Below are positions 1 to 9,130 of a stretch of DNA of 36,760 nucleotides, one piece after another; the first letter of the stretch is position 1; each line of letters begins with the position of its first letter. Origin of the DNA: a virus. Lineage: Duplodnaviria > Caudoviricetes. Position numbers and translations under genes: made by a program. The DNA is taken from IMG/VR virus record IMGVR_UViG_3300032212_000685, positions 1 through 36,760 of that record. One strand, given 5' to 3'. The notes below the pieces were generated by a model. The model was not told the origin of the DNA. It did not search any database and saw only the letters and a program-made list of their open reading frames with translations.

Positions 1-765
1 TCACTTCCAACTTCTTATGATTAACTCCTTTTTGGGTGTCCGGCCTTGGGTGCCTCCGACTGTGTAGGTAATGGGGACAGTCTTCATTCTGAGCCCTTTG
101 AACACCTTCCTGATATTAGGGTGGTCATTGATACTGATGATCATCTTGCCTTTGATTGAATGTGCCAGACTGGCCATTTGTTCATACTGCTCTAGCCCAA
201 ATTCATTGCCGTAGCCTGCTGTCTGCCAGTAAGGTGGATCGAGGTAGAACAGGGTGTGGGCTCGGTCATATCGTTTGACGATATTTTCCCAGTCCAGGTT
301 CTCGATATTGGTGCGTGTCATGCGTAGGTGTGCCTGGCTTAAATCTTCTTCAATGCGTAGTAAATTGAAGCGAGGTGGACTGGTGGTGGCGGTGCCATAT
401 GTTTGGCCATCTACCTTGCCGCCAAATGCCAGCTTCTGCAGATAGTAGAACCGAGCGGCACGTTGGATATCGGTGAGCGTTTCGGGTCGCTTTTCCTGTT
501 CCCATTTGTAGATTTGGCGACTAGTTAAAGCCCATTTAAACTGCCTTACAAACTCTTCTAAATGGTGTTGAATGACCCGATATAAATTAACTAATTCACC
601 ATTAAGGTCATTTAGCACTTCGACTTTGCTGGGTTGCTTTTTAAAGAAGATAGCACCCGCTCCAGCAAATGCCTCAACGTAGCATTTATGTTCAGGGAAT
701 AATGGCAGTATTTTATCTGCCAAGCGTGACTTTCCACCCATCCAGGGTATAAACGGTTTGGTCAT
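1..765 (-). CDS. DNA adenine methyltransferase, D12/Dam family (occupies Mu mom position)
   Basis: PWMGGKS N-terminus, EAFAGAGA SAM-binding motif, NDLN, LDPPY catalytic motif. Confidence 0.93.
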   Translation of the reverse strand: MTKPFIPWMGGKSRLADKILPLFPEHKCYVEAFAGAGAIFFKKQPSKVEVLNDLNGELVNLYRVIQHHLEEFVRQFKWALTSRQIYKWEQEKRPETLTDIQRAARFYYLQKLAFGGKVDGQTYGTATTSPPRFNLLRIEEDLSQAHLRMTRTNIENLDWENIVKRYDRAHTLFYLDPPYWQTAGYGNEFGLEQYEQMASLAHSIKGKMIISINDHPNIRKVFKGLRMKTVPITYTVGGTQGRTPKKELIIRSWK

Positions 766-802
766 TTTATGAGCCTTTTTATTTTAAAGTTTATGGTAAA
801 GT

Positions 803-913
803 CACCTTACCGTGATCGCGGTGGAAGGTGCCTTTGCTGGCTCACAGTACTCGTTTTACTGTTTGCTGGGGCTGGGCTGATGTTAGTGCATCAACCCAGT
901 CGCCCTTTCTTTT
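803..913 (+). ncRNA. candidate structured RNA, antisense to the methyltransferase leader
   Basis: Successive hairpins (accgt/gcggt, acagta/tactgt, ctggg..tgatg/catca..cccag) ending in a T-rich tract; TGG-TAAAGT extended -10 at 794-802. Confidence 0.5.
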
Positions 914-922
914 TATTAATAC

Positions 923-1426
923 TTACCAGACGATAGCATCAACCATAGCTTTGGTATTTGTTGCGGCATCATTCACCTGTTCAGCTAAACCCTTAAGCTT
1001 ATCTTGTGCATTTCGAACATGAATAGCAGCTGCTTGCCCTACTTGTTGTATTTGTGAATGAGTATGTCTGCGGCGATCCCAAAGGTCACTTGCATCAGCA
1101 CACCAAAAAGGTACTCCCCATGTGTTATCTGATACATTAATAATTGACTCAGTTACAACACCATTAAGATTTGCTTGGTCACGCTCACCTGATGGGTAAG
1201 TGTGAAAAGCACCTAAAGCATCAGATGTAAAGCCTCCCAATATATGTAAACTACATGCAAGGTATAAATCCGACACTTTTAATTCTTTGTATTCTAGTAA
1301 AGTTGGAGCAAGTAACTCTATTGCTTCTTGCTCTGTAATCTCAGTACAACCACTTGGCAAAAGTCGTTCAAAACCTTCCTTAATTTCATGTACGTTACTG
1401 TTTTCATCTTTGAATTTTTTAATCAT
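923..1426 (-). CDS. tail fibre-associated protein (DUF4376-like)
   Basis: GFTSDALG..HTYPS..DQANL..FWCAD..HT..QIQQV pattern; follows the tail fibre gene. Confidence 0.7.
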   Translation of the reverse strand: MIKKFKDENSNVHEIKEGFERLLPSGCTEITEQEAIELLAPTLLEYKELKVSDLYLACSLHILGGFTSDALGAFHTYPSGERDQANLNGVVTESIINVSDNTWGVPFWCADASDLWDRRRHTHSQIQQVGQAAAIHVRNAQDKLKGLAEQVNDAATNTKAMVDAIVW

Positions 1427-1437
1427 TTTATTCTCCT

Positions 1438-1968
1438 TTAACGAAGCTCTGTCCAGTTTTGCAGAGAGCTATTTACAATAGATGCACCGTATGATCCACC
1501 TGGGGGAACTATCCCAAAAAGTGACGCTAACAGAGTATCTCCTGAAGTAGTAACAGGTCTTTGCCTTGATATAGTCACACCATCTATTGTTAATGTAACA
1601 TCTGCTTGATTAACTCCTGATGCACTAATGACGACAGGAATCGGTTTATCTGTGACGTTGTAATAGGTAACACCAGACGATCTGCTAGCCGTTTGATCCT
1701 GCCAAGTTTGATTAAAACCAATATTTATTTGAGAATATGCTTGGATGGCTTGTGACAACAAAGACAAATCACCATCGTCAGGAACGAGCCCCATGTCGGT
1801 AATTACTCTGCGTAGTGACTCACCAACTTTATAAAACCAATGTGGCCCTGGTGTTGTTGCTAGTTTTCCGGCAGCTGGGTCAGCAGCCCGTGGGTAACCT
1901 GTTGATGGTGCTGCGGGTACTGCTGGTGGTGTGGCTTCAGCATTAGCAGCATAGTTACGTGGTTCCAT
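1438..1968 (-). CDS. short tail fibre / receptor-binding protein
   Basis: After gp48-like gene; N-terminal baseplate-attachment-like segment; C-terminal QTWQD..R..GVTYYN..KPI..VPPG..Y..WTELR tip pattern. Confidence 0.7.
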   Translation of the reverse strand: MEPRNYAANAEATPPAVPAAPSTGYPRAADPAAGKLATTPGPHWFYKVGESLRRVITDMGLVPDDGDLSLLSQAIQAYSQINIGFNQTWQDQTASRSSGVTYYNVTDKPIPVVISASGVNQADVTLTIDGVTISRQRPVTTSGDTLLASLFGIVPPGGSYGASIVNSSLQNWTELR

Positions 1969-1979
1969 AATACTTACTC

Positions 1980-2573
1980 CTATTTTTGGAATTCAAACAA
2001 TACAAAGATATGTGCAGGTGCTCTTTCTCGAATTGCACATATCAGTTTTTCTCTTGGTAAAAATTCACCTAATGAATTATCAACATCATCATCAACATTA
2101 AACGCATTCACCGGTTTTTCGGTTGCGAGTAAAGTGATCACAAAACGTTGGTTCTCATCATAAAGGGGCATATCAACATTGCTATCAACCGAATGAGATT
2201 CATATTCAGTAATACTGGCAGGAGCAAAATCAATTCGTTCTGCAACATCAATAAGCTCTTGATTGCTATCTTTAGCTTCTTCAATTACTTTCGATGTTAA
2301 AATTTGTTGTCGTTCTTCAACGCTTGCACCCATATATCCACAAACACCTGGAATATCGAAGCCTTGCTCCCAGCCAGGTAATAACTCAACCGTGCTACGT
2401 GGGTCAGCTTCATCCAATAAATCAGATACACGTCCATCGATGCGAGCAAACTCTGTCGCAATGCCTTTTAAAAATTTGCTATAAACAGAATCATCACGCA
2501 GCAACGATGTCCACAACTTACCGCGTGGGTGAAGTTGTTTTAGTTGATGTTGATAGTCTTCAACCGTTGGCAT
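1980..2573 (-). CDS. baseplate protein, Mu gp48-like (DUF2313)
   Basis: L.P.G..W, EADP..T.ELL..WE, C.I....PAH motifs; position. Confidence 0.85.
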   Translation of the reverse strand: MPTVEDYQHQLKQLHPRGKLWTSLLRDDSVYSKFLKGIATEFARIDGRVSDLLDEADPRSTVELLPGWEQGFDIPGVCGYMGASVEERQQILTSKVIEEAKDSNQELIDVAERIDFAPASITEYESHSVDSNVDMPLYDENQRFVITLLATEKPVNAFNVDDDVDNSLGEFLPREKLICAIRERAPAHIFVLFEFQK

Positions 2574-3665
2574 TTACAACACGCTCCATGTGAATGCACC
2601 GGGCGTTAATAATTCACCTGCATTTAACGTAATGTTTGCAGCAGGAGAAATCAGAACATGATCTTTCTCATCGGTTGAAGAACTAATGACTTCGCGTATG
2701 TGTGAAATCAACATCGTTGCATTACCGCTACCGTCTTCAACTTTTGCTTCGCGTAAGAACAATGCTTTAATTGCAGACTCAACTGCGGCTTGAACAGCTG
2801 CTGTGTTCGGTGAAAGCTGAATGTCAAAGTTTTGTACAACTTCAGTGGGTGCAAGTGCACTAAACCCTTTCATGCCTGAAGGTCGCAATACATCGATATA
2901 GTCTTGCACTGTTTGTACTTCAGCAGCGTCAGGAATGAGTGATGCATCATCATCACGCACAAAGAACACACCGACCGTGCCATAACCCATCCAGTTGCTA
3001 TAAGACCAGGCGCGGGTGACACCGGCCACTTCACGTGCCCACACTTCATATTGATCGTTATTCGATCCATTTGGGTTTTTAGCAATGCGTTCACGAATGC
3101 GTTGGTTAACTTGATCCCATGTTTCTTGATCGGTACCGCCACTTAAACCACCCGTGGCCACGGTTGCATTAGAGTTAATGCCTGCAACCGGTACAGTTAA
3201 AACCAGAGTCAATCCTTCATCAGCATTGGTGTCTTGGCCAGCACCATCAATATCAACCGTGGTGGTTACTTTAACGGTAGCAACACCGGCCACAATGGTG
3301 GCATCGGCATCTGTGACATAATCAAAACCCGCACGCTGAAGAACACTGCCTGCCGGTAATATTTTTCCATCAGTGCCAACAAGGTCAACATTACCCTTAG
3401 CCCCCACAGCCGCTTTTCGTCCTTGTTTTAAATATAACGTTGCCTGGCGTTCAATCACGGCTTCATCGGTTGCATGACCGGGTATCACTTGTTTGGCTAA
3501 ATATTGAATGTGGCCATGCAAGCCATGCGCAACACCGACAACCGCTTTACTCAAAGCCGCGGTTAAACTACGACGCAACCAGCCATAGGTGCTGTTGGTT
3601 TCACTTTCAACATCACTGCGAAAATATTGTTTTAGCTTTGCTATTGTTGGTCTGGTGAATGCCAT
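2574..3665 (-). CDS. baseplate wedge J-like protein, Mu gp47-like
   Basis: GG.D.E, Y..WA.EV.GVTRAW, G.GTV motifs. Confidence 0.92.
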   Translation of the reverse strand: MAFTRPTIAKLKQYFRSDVESETNSTYGWLRRSLTAALSKAVVGVAHGLHGHIQYLAKQVIPGHATDEAVIERQATLYLKQGRKAAVGAKGNVDLVGTDGKILPAGSVLQRAGFDYVTDADATIVAGVATVKVTTTVDIDGAGQDTNADEGLTLVLTVPVAGINSNATVATGGLSGGTDQETWDQVNQRIRERIAKNPNGSNNDQYEVWAREVAGVTRAWSYSNWMGYGTVGVFFVRDDDASLIPDAAEVQTVQDYIDVLRPSGMKGFSALAPTEVVQNFDIQLSPNTAAVQAAVESAIKALFLREAKVEDGSGNATMLISHIREVISSSTDEKDHVLISPAANITLNAGELLTPGAFTWSVL

Positions 3666-4100
3666 TTAAGCCGCCTTTAATTCATAATTAAATAAGTCTT
3701 CAAATTTACTGCCGTCGAGCACAGTTATGGTGATAACAATGGCCATCACGCCAGAGCGGTGCCAATAGGTTTCGACGTTTATTTTTGCTGCTATGCCATC
3801 TTCAATAAACCACTGCAATGCTTCAGTCGCATATTCTTTGCCGCGGTCTAATGTTTGTTGCGTTTCTTTAGCGCGTTCGAGTAACCACAATCGAGATCCC
3901 ATGCTGTCACCTTCATAGCTGTCTCCCCAGTGGCCGCGCTTATCATTTGACCCATCGGGAATTTCATCATCATCACGTGCGCGTGCGTCGGTAAATAAAC
4001 TAATCATCACGGCTGTGCGTAAACCAGCATCATGTTCTAAATCATCCTGTCCAACACCAATGTCAAATTGTTTGTTATCAAAGTTAAGTGCGATATCCAT
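3666..4100 (-). CDS. baseplate protein, Mu gp46-like (start revised to ATG 4100, MDIAL)
   Basis: L.TAV.ISLFTD.RA, RG.WGD, GSRLWLL.R.K, EALQW..DG motifs. Confidence 0.9.
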   Translation of the reverse strand: MDIALNFDNKQFDIGVGQDDLEHDAGLRTAVMISLFTDARARDDDEIPDGSNDKRGHWGDSYEGDSMGSRLWLLERAKETQQTLDRGKEYATEALQWFIEDGIAAKINVETYWHRSGVMAIVITITVLDGSKFEDLFNYELKAA

Positions 4101-4243
4101 TACAGCACCCACCAAATTAACCAAGCCAAGCCGCTCAAAACAAGGGCTAAAAGAAAGTGTGTGCTCCACCAATTTGGATAATATCCATGTGCTTCGTATG
4201 CATCCCAAAAACAGAAAATATTAATGAATAAGGGGATTATCAT
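4100..4243 (-). CDS. 47-aa hydrophobic membrane micro-protein (not in ORF track)
   Basis: GGAG before ATG 4243; MIIPLFINIFCFWDAYEAHGYYPNWWSTHFLLALVLSGLAWLIWWVL; TAATG overlap with gp46-like start. Confidence 0.6.
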   Translation of the reverse strand: MIIPLFINIFCFWDAYEAHGYYPNWWSTHFLLALVLSGLAWLIWWVL

Positions 4244-4251
4244 GCTCCAGG

Positions 4252-4812
4252 TCATTGTGGTACTCCTGTCACGCCACCCGCCACATTATTCTCTGGGTGA
4301 ACGTGTGGCGTGAATGGAATGCCGCCAATCGTTGCTTCACCTGCAATATCAACATCACCAGAAAACGCTGCAAGTGGTGAAGTTATCGTAACTTTGGTGC
4401 TGGCAATCATATTGATGTCAGGTGCTTTGGCCGTTATCTTAGTCATCGCATCAATATAAATATGATTACCACGTTTAAAATGAATGACATCACCTTCGTC
4501 GGTATAGAGTGCCACTTCACCTTTAGCCAAACCTTTCAATCTAAAAACACGATTCGCCACCGCAATGGCCACCGTGTGCGAACGTTGTCCATTGAGTGAT
4601 GCAGTGAGTACTTCAGAATCAGCCGGTGCATGCGCGGTGTAACCATAAGACTCGAAATGTTCAACATCATCAAGCACTTCACCTTTCAGTAATTCAACTT
4701 GTAACACTTGCATAAGTTGATTCGGGTCAATCAAGGTCACCACACCACGCGAGACCAACTGGCGCACTTTACGACGCAAAGGTTTTAACACCTTATTCAA
4801 TGTGCGCATCAT
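4252..4812 (-). CDS. baseplate spike, Mu gp45/gpV-like
   Basis: Q..QV...GE..D.VEH...YG, L..GEVALY..EG, C-terminal H.H motif. Confidence 0.9.
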   Translation of the reverse strand: MMRTLNKVLKPLRRKVRQLVSRGVVTLIDPNQLMQVLQVELLKGEVLDDVEHFESYGYTAHAPADSEVLTASLNGQRSHTVAIAVANRVFRLKGLAKGEVALYTDEGDVIHFKRGNHIYIDAMTKITAKAPDINMIASTKVTITSPLAAFSGDVDIAGEATIGGIPFTPHVHPENNVAGGVTGVPQ

Positions 4813-5840
4813 AAGAAGCTGTCCTCATTCTTTTCTTCAGGTAAAGGAATCAAATCCAATGCTTCAGGGGGTAACAATTGCAACTCGGTACGCTCGCCAT
4901 CATCGTCCATTGTGAAAGTGACATGTACAATTAATAAATCGGTATCAAGTTCGTTATAAGCATCAACCACTCGCACTAACTTATTAGGCGACCATAAACC
5001 TGTGTCATGTCGCCAACCATTCACGGTGTAGGTCTTAGCCTGCGATTCTCCAAAACTAATATTTCGATTAAAGGTGGCAATGCGTTTTGCATCATTTAAG
5101 GTGAGGTCATCGGGGATAATATATGTAGAGCGAACTTTGCGTATATTGTCATCGATAACTTTTTCTTCAATGTGTGCTGCGGCTTTACCATTAAGAAAAT
5201 CATCACCGGCACCTTGACCAGATACAGTATAAGAATAAAACCGATCACGTTTACTGCGTGTCGCAGAACAACCGAGAATATTTTCACCGAGTATCAAAGC
5301 CGTGTTGATTTTTTCTTTACTGGCGCGGGTGATCACTAAGTCACCCCTAGCATTACTGGTTAAATGTACAGCGCGATAACTTGCAAGCTTAGATAAAAAC
5401 TCAAAATAAGTATCGCCACCATCACGGGACTGTAGTTTAAAATCTTCACCTACATCTGTTTCAACTACCACGTTAATACCAAAGGCGGCACATTCTTTTT
5501 TTGCAATCGCAGCCAAGTCTAAATTATTGTGAGGTGTTCTGTTGGTTGAGCAGTCCACCAAGTCGCCTAACTTAGAACGACCGTTAACCGATAGACTATG
5601 ACTTTTATCATCATAAGATGTATTTACATCATCAACATATCCCGTGATGACCGCTTCACCATCAATCTCAACGACACACGGGCTGTCTTCTTTCACCACG
5701 CGTTTTGTTTTTGAGTTGGCCCATTTATCCGTTAGCTCAAGTTCAAAGGTGTCTGCAAATTGGCGCATACCCCGTTGAATTTTAATTTTCTTCCAACCAC
5801 CATAAATTTGACCGTCAACCTTTAAAGCTAAATCAGACAT
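4809..5840 (-). CDS. baseplate hub, Mu gp44/gpP-like
   Basis: L.VDG..YGGW, VITGYVD, GRSK..DLVDCS, GENIL, W.PN..V motifs. Confidence 0.92.
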   Translation of the reverse strand: MSDLALKVDGQIYGGWKKIKIQRGMRQFADTFELELTDKWANSKTKRVVKEDSPCVVEIDGEAVITGYVDDVNTSYDDKSHSLSVNGRSKLGDLVDCSTNRTPHNNLDLAAIAKKECAAFGINVVVETDVGEDFKLQSRDGGDTYFEFLSKLASYRAVHLTSNARGDLVITRASKEKINTALILGENILGCSATRSKRDRFYSYTVSGQGAGDDFLNGKAAAHIEEKVIDDNIRKVRSTYIIPDDLTLNDAKRIATFNRNISFGESQAKTYTVNGWRHDTGLWSPNKLVRVVDAYNELDTDLLIVHVTFTMDDDGERTELQLLPPEALDLIPLPEEKNEDSFL

Positions 5841-6990
5841 CAGTTAAAACCTCCAGTGCGTGGCCACCCTGAACAAATCCAGCGTGCGGAACTTTGTTTC
5901 GTGTAACAAGCTCTGCTTCACGAGTCGCATCACCATAAACGTTGTGCGCAATAACCAAGGCAGGCAAGGTGGTCAAAGGTGTGTGTTGTTTAATCTTCGG
6001 CAGTTGTGCAGAACGGGTGCGCAAGTCACGAATAACAACAGCACGTAACTCGACCAGGCTAAAATACATCTCATCGGCAACCGGTGAACCATCAACAATG
6101 TTCTCTTGTTCAATTTGGTTTTCCAGCGCGGTAGCTAAATCTTGTTGCACACGCAACGCATCATTACTGGTTGCAAAATTTGTGGTGGTTGCTGTTTTTG
6201 CACTCTCACAAATAGCAACGCGTTTTGTCAGTGTCACTAAGGCTTGTTTTGAATTTGCTGCTTGTCGACCCTGCGGTGTGCGGGTTGATGGGTAAGTGGG
6301 CTCTGCTTTATCAAACACACCTTTGTACAAATTAAGTGCATTGCCTGGTTCACTGAGTAAAGATTGAACACGAGAAAAAGAACCGGCAATGGCAACCGCC
6401 ATATTAAATGGGGTACGAATTAAACTGGCGATAGGAACAGTCGCTGCACCCGTCACATTTTCAACAGCACCAAGAATATCGCCGAGCTCTTTGGTAATGT
6501 CATCCACATAACTTTGTGCCTGACCCAGCACATCAAAGACCGATGCAAAATCATTAATGCTATCGGCAATGGATTTGTCCGCTTGTTTATTAACACCCGA
6601 GGCAGTGTCATACGTTGAGTTGGGATATCGTGGCTTCGCTTCGGCTTCAACATAAGTCAATGTGAAGGTGGCTTTGCCATGAGAGCGTGACGACTCACTC
6701 ATCCGCGCATCAATAATTGAAACAACCATGCTGCCATATTTAGGGTGCAGCAATGTACCGTCCCCAGGTAACTCAATGGCATCCAGTAACTTATCACGCG
6801 CTTCTTGCCAGCGCGCACCCATTACGGAAACTTGAATATTATATTTTCGTGCCTTCTTGCCTAGGTCTTCAACATAAGGTTCATCGCGAGACGGATATTC
6901 ATGCACTACATTACGACGACCAAACTCCAGGTCTTCACTGGTTACTATAAATTTTGCATCACGAAACTGTCCGATCACATTATGACTCAT
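5833..6990 (-). CDS. DNA circularisation protein, Mu gp43/N-like
   Basis: FR...F, GRR.V.HEYP.RD.PYVEDLG, G.L.HP..G, PALV.A...YGDA.R..E. Confidence 0.93.
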   Translation of the reverse strand: MSHNVIGQFRDAKFIVTSEDLEFGRRNVVHEYPSRDEPYVEDLGKKARKYNIQVSVMGARWQEARDKLLDAIELPGDGTLLHPKYGSMVVSIIDARMSESSRSHGKATFTLTYVEAEAKPRYPNSTYDTASGVNKQADKSIADSINDFASVFDVLGQAQSYVDDITKELGDILGAVENVTGAATVPIASLIRTPFNMAVAIAGSFSRVQSLLSEPGNALNLYKGVFDKAEPTYPSTRTPQGRQAANSKQALVTLTKRVAICESAKTATTTNFATSNDALRVQQDLATALENQIEQENIVDGSPVADEMYFSLVELRAVVIRDLRTRSAQLPKIKQHTPLTTLPALVIAHNVYGDATREAELVTRNKVPHAGFVQGGHALEVLTDV

Positions 6991-7442
6991 GCGAAAATCC
7001 TCCCGTGTGCTACACTAAGGGCATCACGATAATTAAGGATAATGTTATGAAAAAACTGTTGTTGATTTTGTTTTTGCTGCCTAGCTTGACGATGGCTATC
7101 ACCCCGGCTCAGAATGTATTTAATTACGAGTGTGAGCTGCTTAATAAAAAAAATTTGGGTTTTAGCTGTAATGGTATAGAGGGGGACGTACAACGCCGTC
7201 TTAAGATGCATGTTGCAAACACAAACCCAACAAAGAAAAAATATGTCAGTTATGAATTTAATAGATTTTTGCTTCGCTACATTGATTTGGGTGGTAAGTA
7301 TATTGATATTACTTACAAGGGCTGGCCAAAGAATAAAGTGCGTATGTGTACAGCCACTAAAAATCGTAAAAACTTTAGATGCAACGACTGTATAGTTCCT
7401 AAAAAAGGGACTGGTACATGCAAGTAGATATGCCCACTTCAT
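6987..7442 (-). CDS. 151-codon bridge ORF antisense to 7047-7427, coupled to both flanking tail genes
   Basis: ATGA overlap with tape-measure stop (7439-7442) and with circularisation-gene start (6987-6990); no recognisable domain. Confidence 0.5.
   Translation of the reverse strand: MKWAYLLACTSPFFRNYTVVASKVFTIFSGCTHTHFILWPALVSNINILTTQINVAKQKSIKFITDIFFLCWVCVCNMHLKTALYVPLYTITAKTQIFFIKQLTLVIKYILSRGDSHRQARQQKQNQQQFFHNIILNYRDALSVAHGRIFA
7008..7016 (+). promoter_or_regulatory. extended -10 promoter for the antisense cargo gene
   Basis: TGC-TACACT (TGn + -10) about 30 nt upstream of ATG 7047. Confidence 0.5.
7047..7427 (+). CDS. secreted, basic, Cys-rich protein; antisense cargo (moron)
   Basis: AAGGA SD; MKKLLLILFLLPSLTMA signal peptide; 6 Cys in mature part. 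Confidence 0.75.
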   Translation: MKKLLLILFLLPSLTMAITPAQNVFNYECELLNKKNLGFSCNGIEGDVQRRLKMHVANTNPTKKKYVSYEFNRFLLRYIDLGGKYIDITYKGWPKNKVRMCTATKNRKNFRCNDCIVPKKGTGTCK

Positions 7443-9130
7443 AACGCCCCCCCAGCTAACAAACCATTATCAACATCAACACCCATACCCTCGGTCTTAA
7501 CCTCTTTGGTTTTGACCTTGGCGCCTTTGCTTTCAATTTCCAGTTTTACGGTGGCTTCATTCGGGTTGTCGTGCAATGCACGATAAACCGCCGCACCAAG
7601 TTTATTAGGAAGGTCGCCCAGTATCATAGACGTTAATTGATAGCTTGCTGCACCCACAGCAAGTGGCCCTGCATATTTTGCGAGAGACATTGCCTTACCG
7701 CCGAGTCGCTTAACCAATGATGCTTTACCTTTCCCCGCACCACCTTTGCCGCCAGCACCGCCACCCCATGAATCAGGGGTAAGACTTAAATGTTTATTCA
7801 CAACATAAACGGGTAATGGAATCGGGCCACCACCATTGCCACCTGAAGAACCTTTGCCACCTTGACCAGTCAATTTGTTTTTTGCCCATGACGCGGCTTT
7901 ATAGGTTTTACCTGCAACCAATGCACCGGCACCACCAACGACCAGGTACTTTAAAATTTTCCCCGTGTTTTCACTGCCTAACTGGTTTAATAAATCAGCC
8001 GCATCTTGAAGTGGGCCGGTTAATGATTCATCTGCAAATTTTTTCCAGGCAGTGGATAACATTTCAACACTACCTGCTGCATCTTTAGCAGCGCGAGCAG
8101 AATCTTTTAATGTGGTTTCACCATTCGCAGTGACGTTCATAAATTTATCTAAACTTGTTACAGCGCCAGTGCGTTGAAACTCTGAACTTGCTGCATTAAA
8201 GGCACGTATTGCTTCACCATCAAACACTTTGCTTAATACTGTTTTTTTACCGCCGGACATTTTAATAATATCAACTATCAACTCATTAATAGGGCGAAGT
8301 ACTTCTTTGCCTTTTTTAAGTTCTTTAGGATCGAAAACTTTAATGCCGCCTTTTTGCAACATGGCCACTTTTTTCTTATCACCTAAAGTTCTTAGCATTG
8401 CCTCAAATGCGGTTGCTGCCATTTCAGATGACCCCGTACCCATACGAATAACTTGTAAGGCTGCACCCATTTCTTTAATGGCACCAACACCACCACGCCC
8501 CATTGAGGTGTAAGCAGTAACAACACGTGGGCCAAGTGTCGCTAAGTTTTGTAGTGTGAATGCACCGGCTTTACCTTGCACGTTTAACAGGTCAATGGCT
8601 TTGAGTACTTGCTGTTCCTGGGTGATGCCCATCTTTTGAAATTCAGCCATGATGCCGCCAATGGAAACGCCTTGTGCACCCGTGGCTTGAATAGCTGCAC
8701 CAATGTTGCGAATGTTTTTACGGGCAAATTCTAAGTCGCCGGTTTTCTCAACGATCTCTTCAATGGCTGATGTAATTTGGTCTGGGTTAACACGAATGTC
8801 TGGTGCATTGGCTGCATCATAAATTTCTTTCTTCAGCAGATTCATATCATCAGCCGACTTGTTAGCCTGAATACCTAAACGAGTAAAGCGACGCTCAAGA
8901 CTAATCACCATTTTTCCAGCACCCACGCCAGCAGCACCAGTGAGTAAAGCAGTGTAACGATTGCCTGCTCGGTCAAGCATGCGACCAGTTGCACCCGCCG
9001 TTCTACCTAAACGCGATAAGTGACCACGACCTTTCTTTGAGAAGTTTCCCAAAGAGTCGGTGTACTTTTTTGCGTTGCGTGCAAGATTACCTGCGAGATC
9101 AACGACGATGCTTGTTTTTAATTCAGTCAC
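7439..9130 (-). CDS. tail tape measure protein
   Basis: 563 aa, Ala/Gly-rich helical; between chaperone and circularisation genes; PVYVVN motif. Confidence 0.88.
   Translation of the reverse strand: MTELKTSIVVDLAGNLARNAKKYTDSLGNFSKKGRGHLSRLGRTAGATGRMLDRAGNRYTALLTGAAGVGAGKMVISLERRFTRLGIQANKSADDMNLLKKEIYDAANAPDIRVNPDQITSAIEEIVEKTGDLEFARKNIRNIGAAIQATGAQGVSIGGIMAEFQKMGITQEQQVLKAIDLLNVQGKAGAFTLQNLATLGPRVVTAYTSMGRGGVGAIKEMGAALQVIRMGTGSSEMAATAFEAMLRTLGDKKKVAMLQKGGIKVFDPKELKKGKEVLRPINELIVDIIKMSGGKKTVLSKVFDGEAIRAFNAASSEFQRTGAVTSLDKFMNVTANGETTLKDSARAAKDAAGSVEMLSTAWKKFADESLTGPLQDAADLLNQLGSENTGKILKYLVVGGAGALVAGKTYKAASWAKNKLTGQGGKGSSGGNGGGPIPLPVYVVNKHLSLTPDSWGGGAGGKGGAGKGKASLVKRLGGKAMSLAKYAGPLAVGAASYQLTSMILGDLPNKLGAAVYRALHDNPNEATVKLEIESKGAKVKTKEVKTEGMGVDVDNGLLAGGAL

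Noticed and set aside
923-1968. Diversity-generating retroelement or invertible tail cassette
   Set aside because: No reverse transcriptase, recombinase, duplicated template or flanking inverted repeats seen
4101-4208. N-terminal extension of gp46-like ORF
   Set aside because: The family-like sequence begins at MDIAL, and the gap is better explained by the 47-aa ORF in another frame
6954-7046. Longer start for the + strand cargo gene
   Set aside because: SD, promoter and signal peptide all point to ATG 7047
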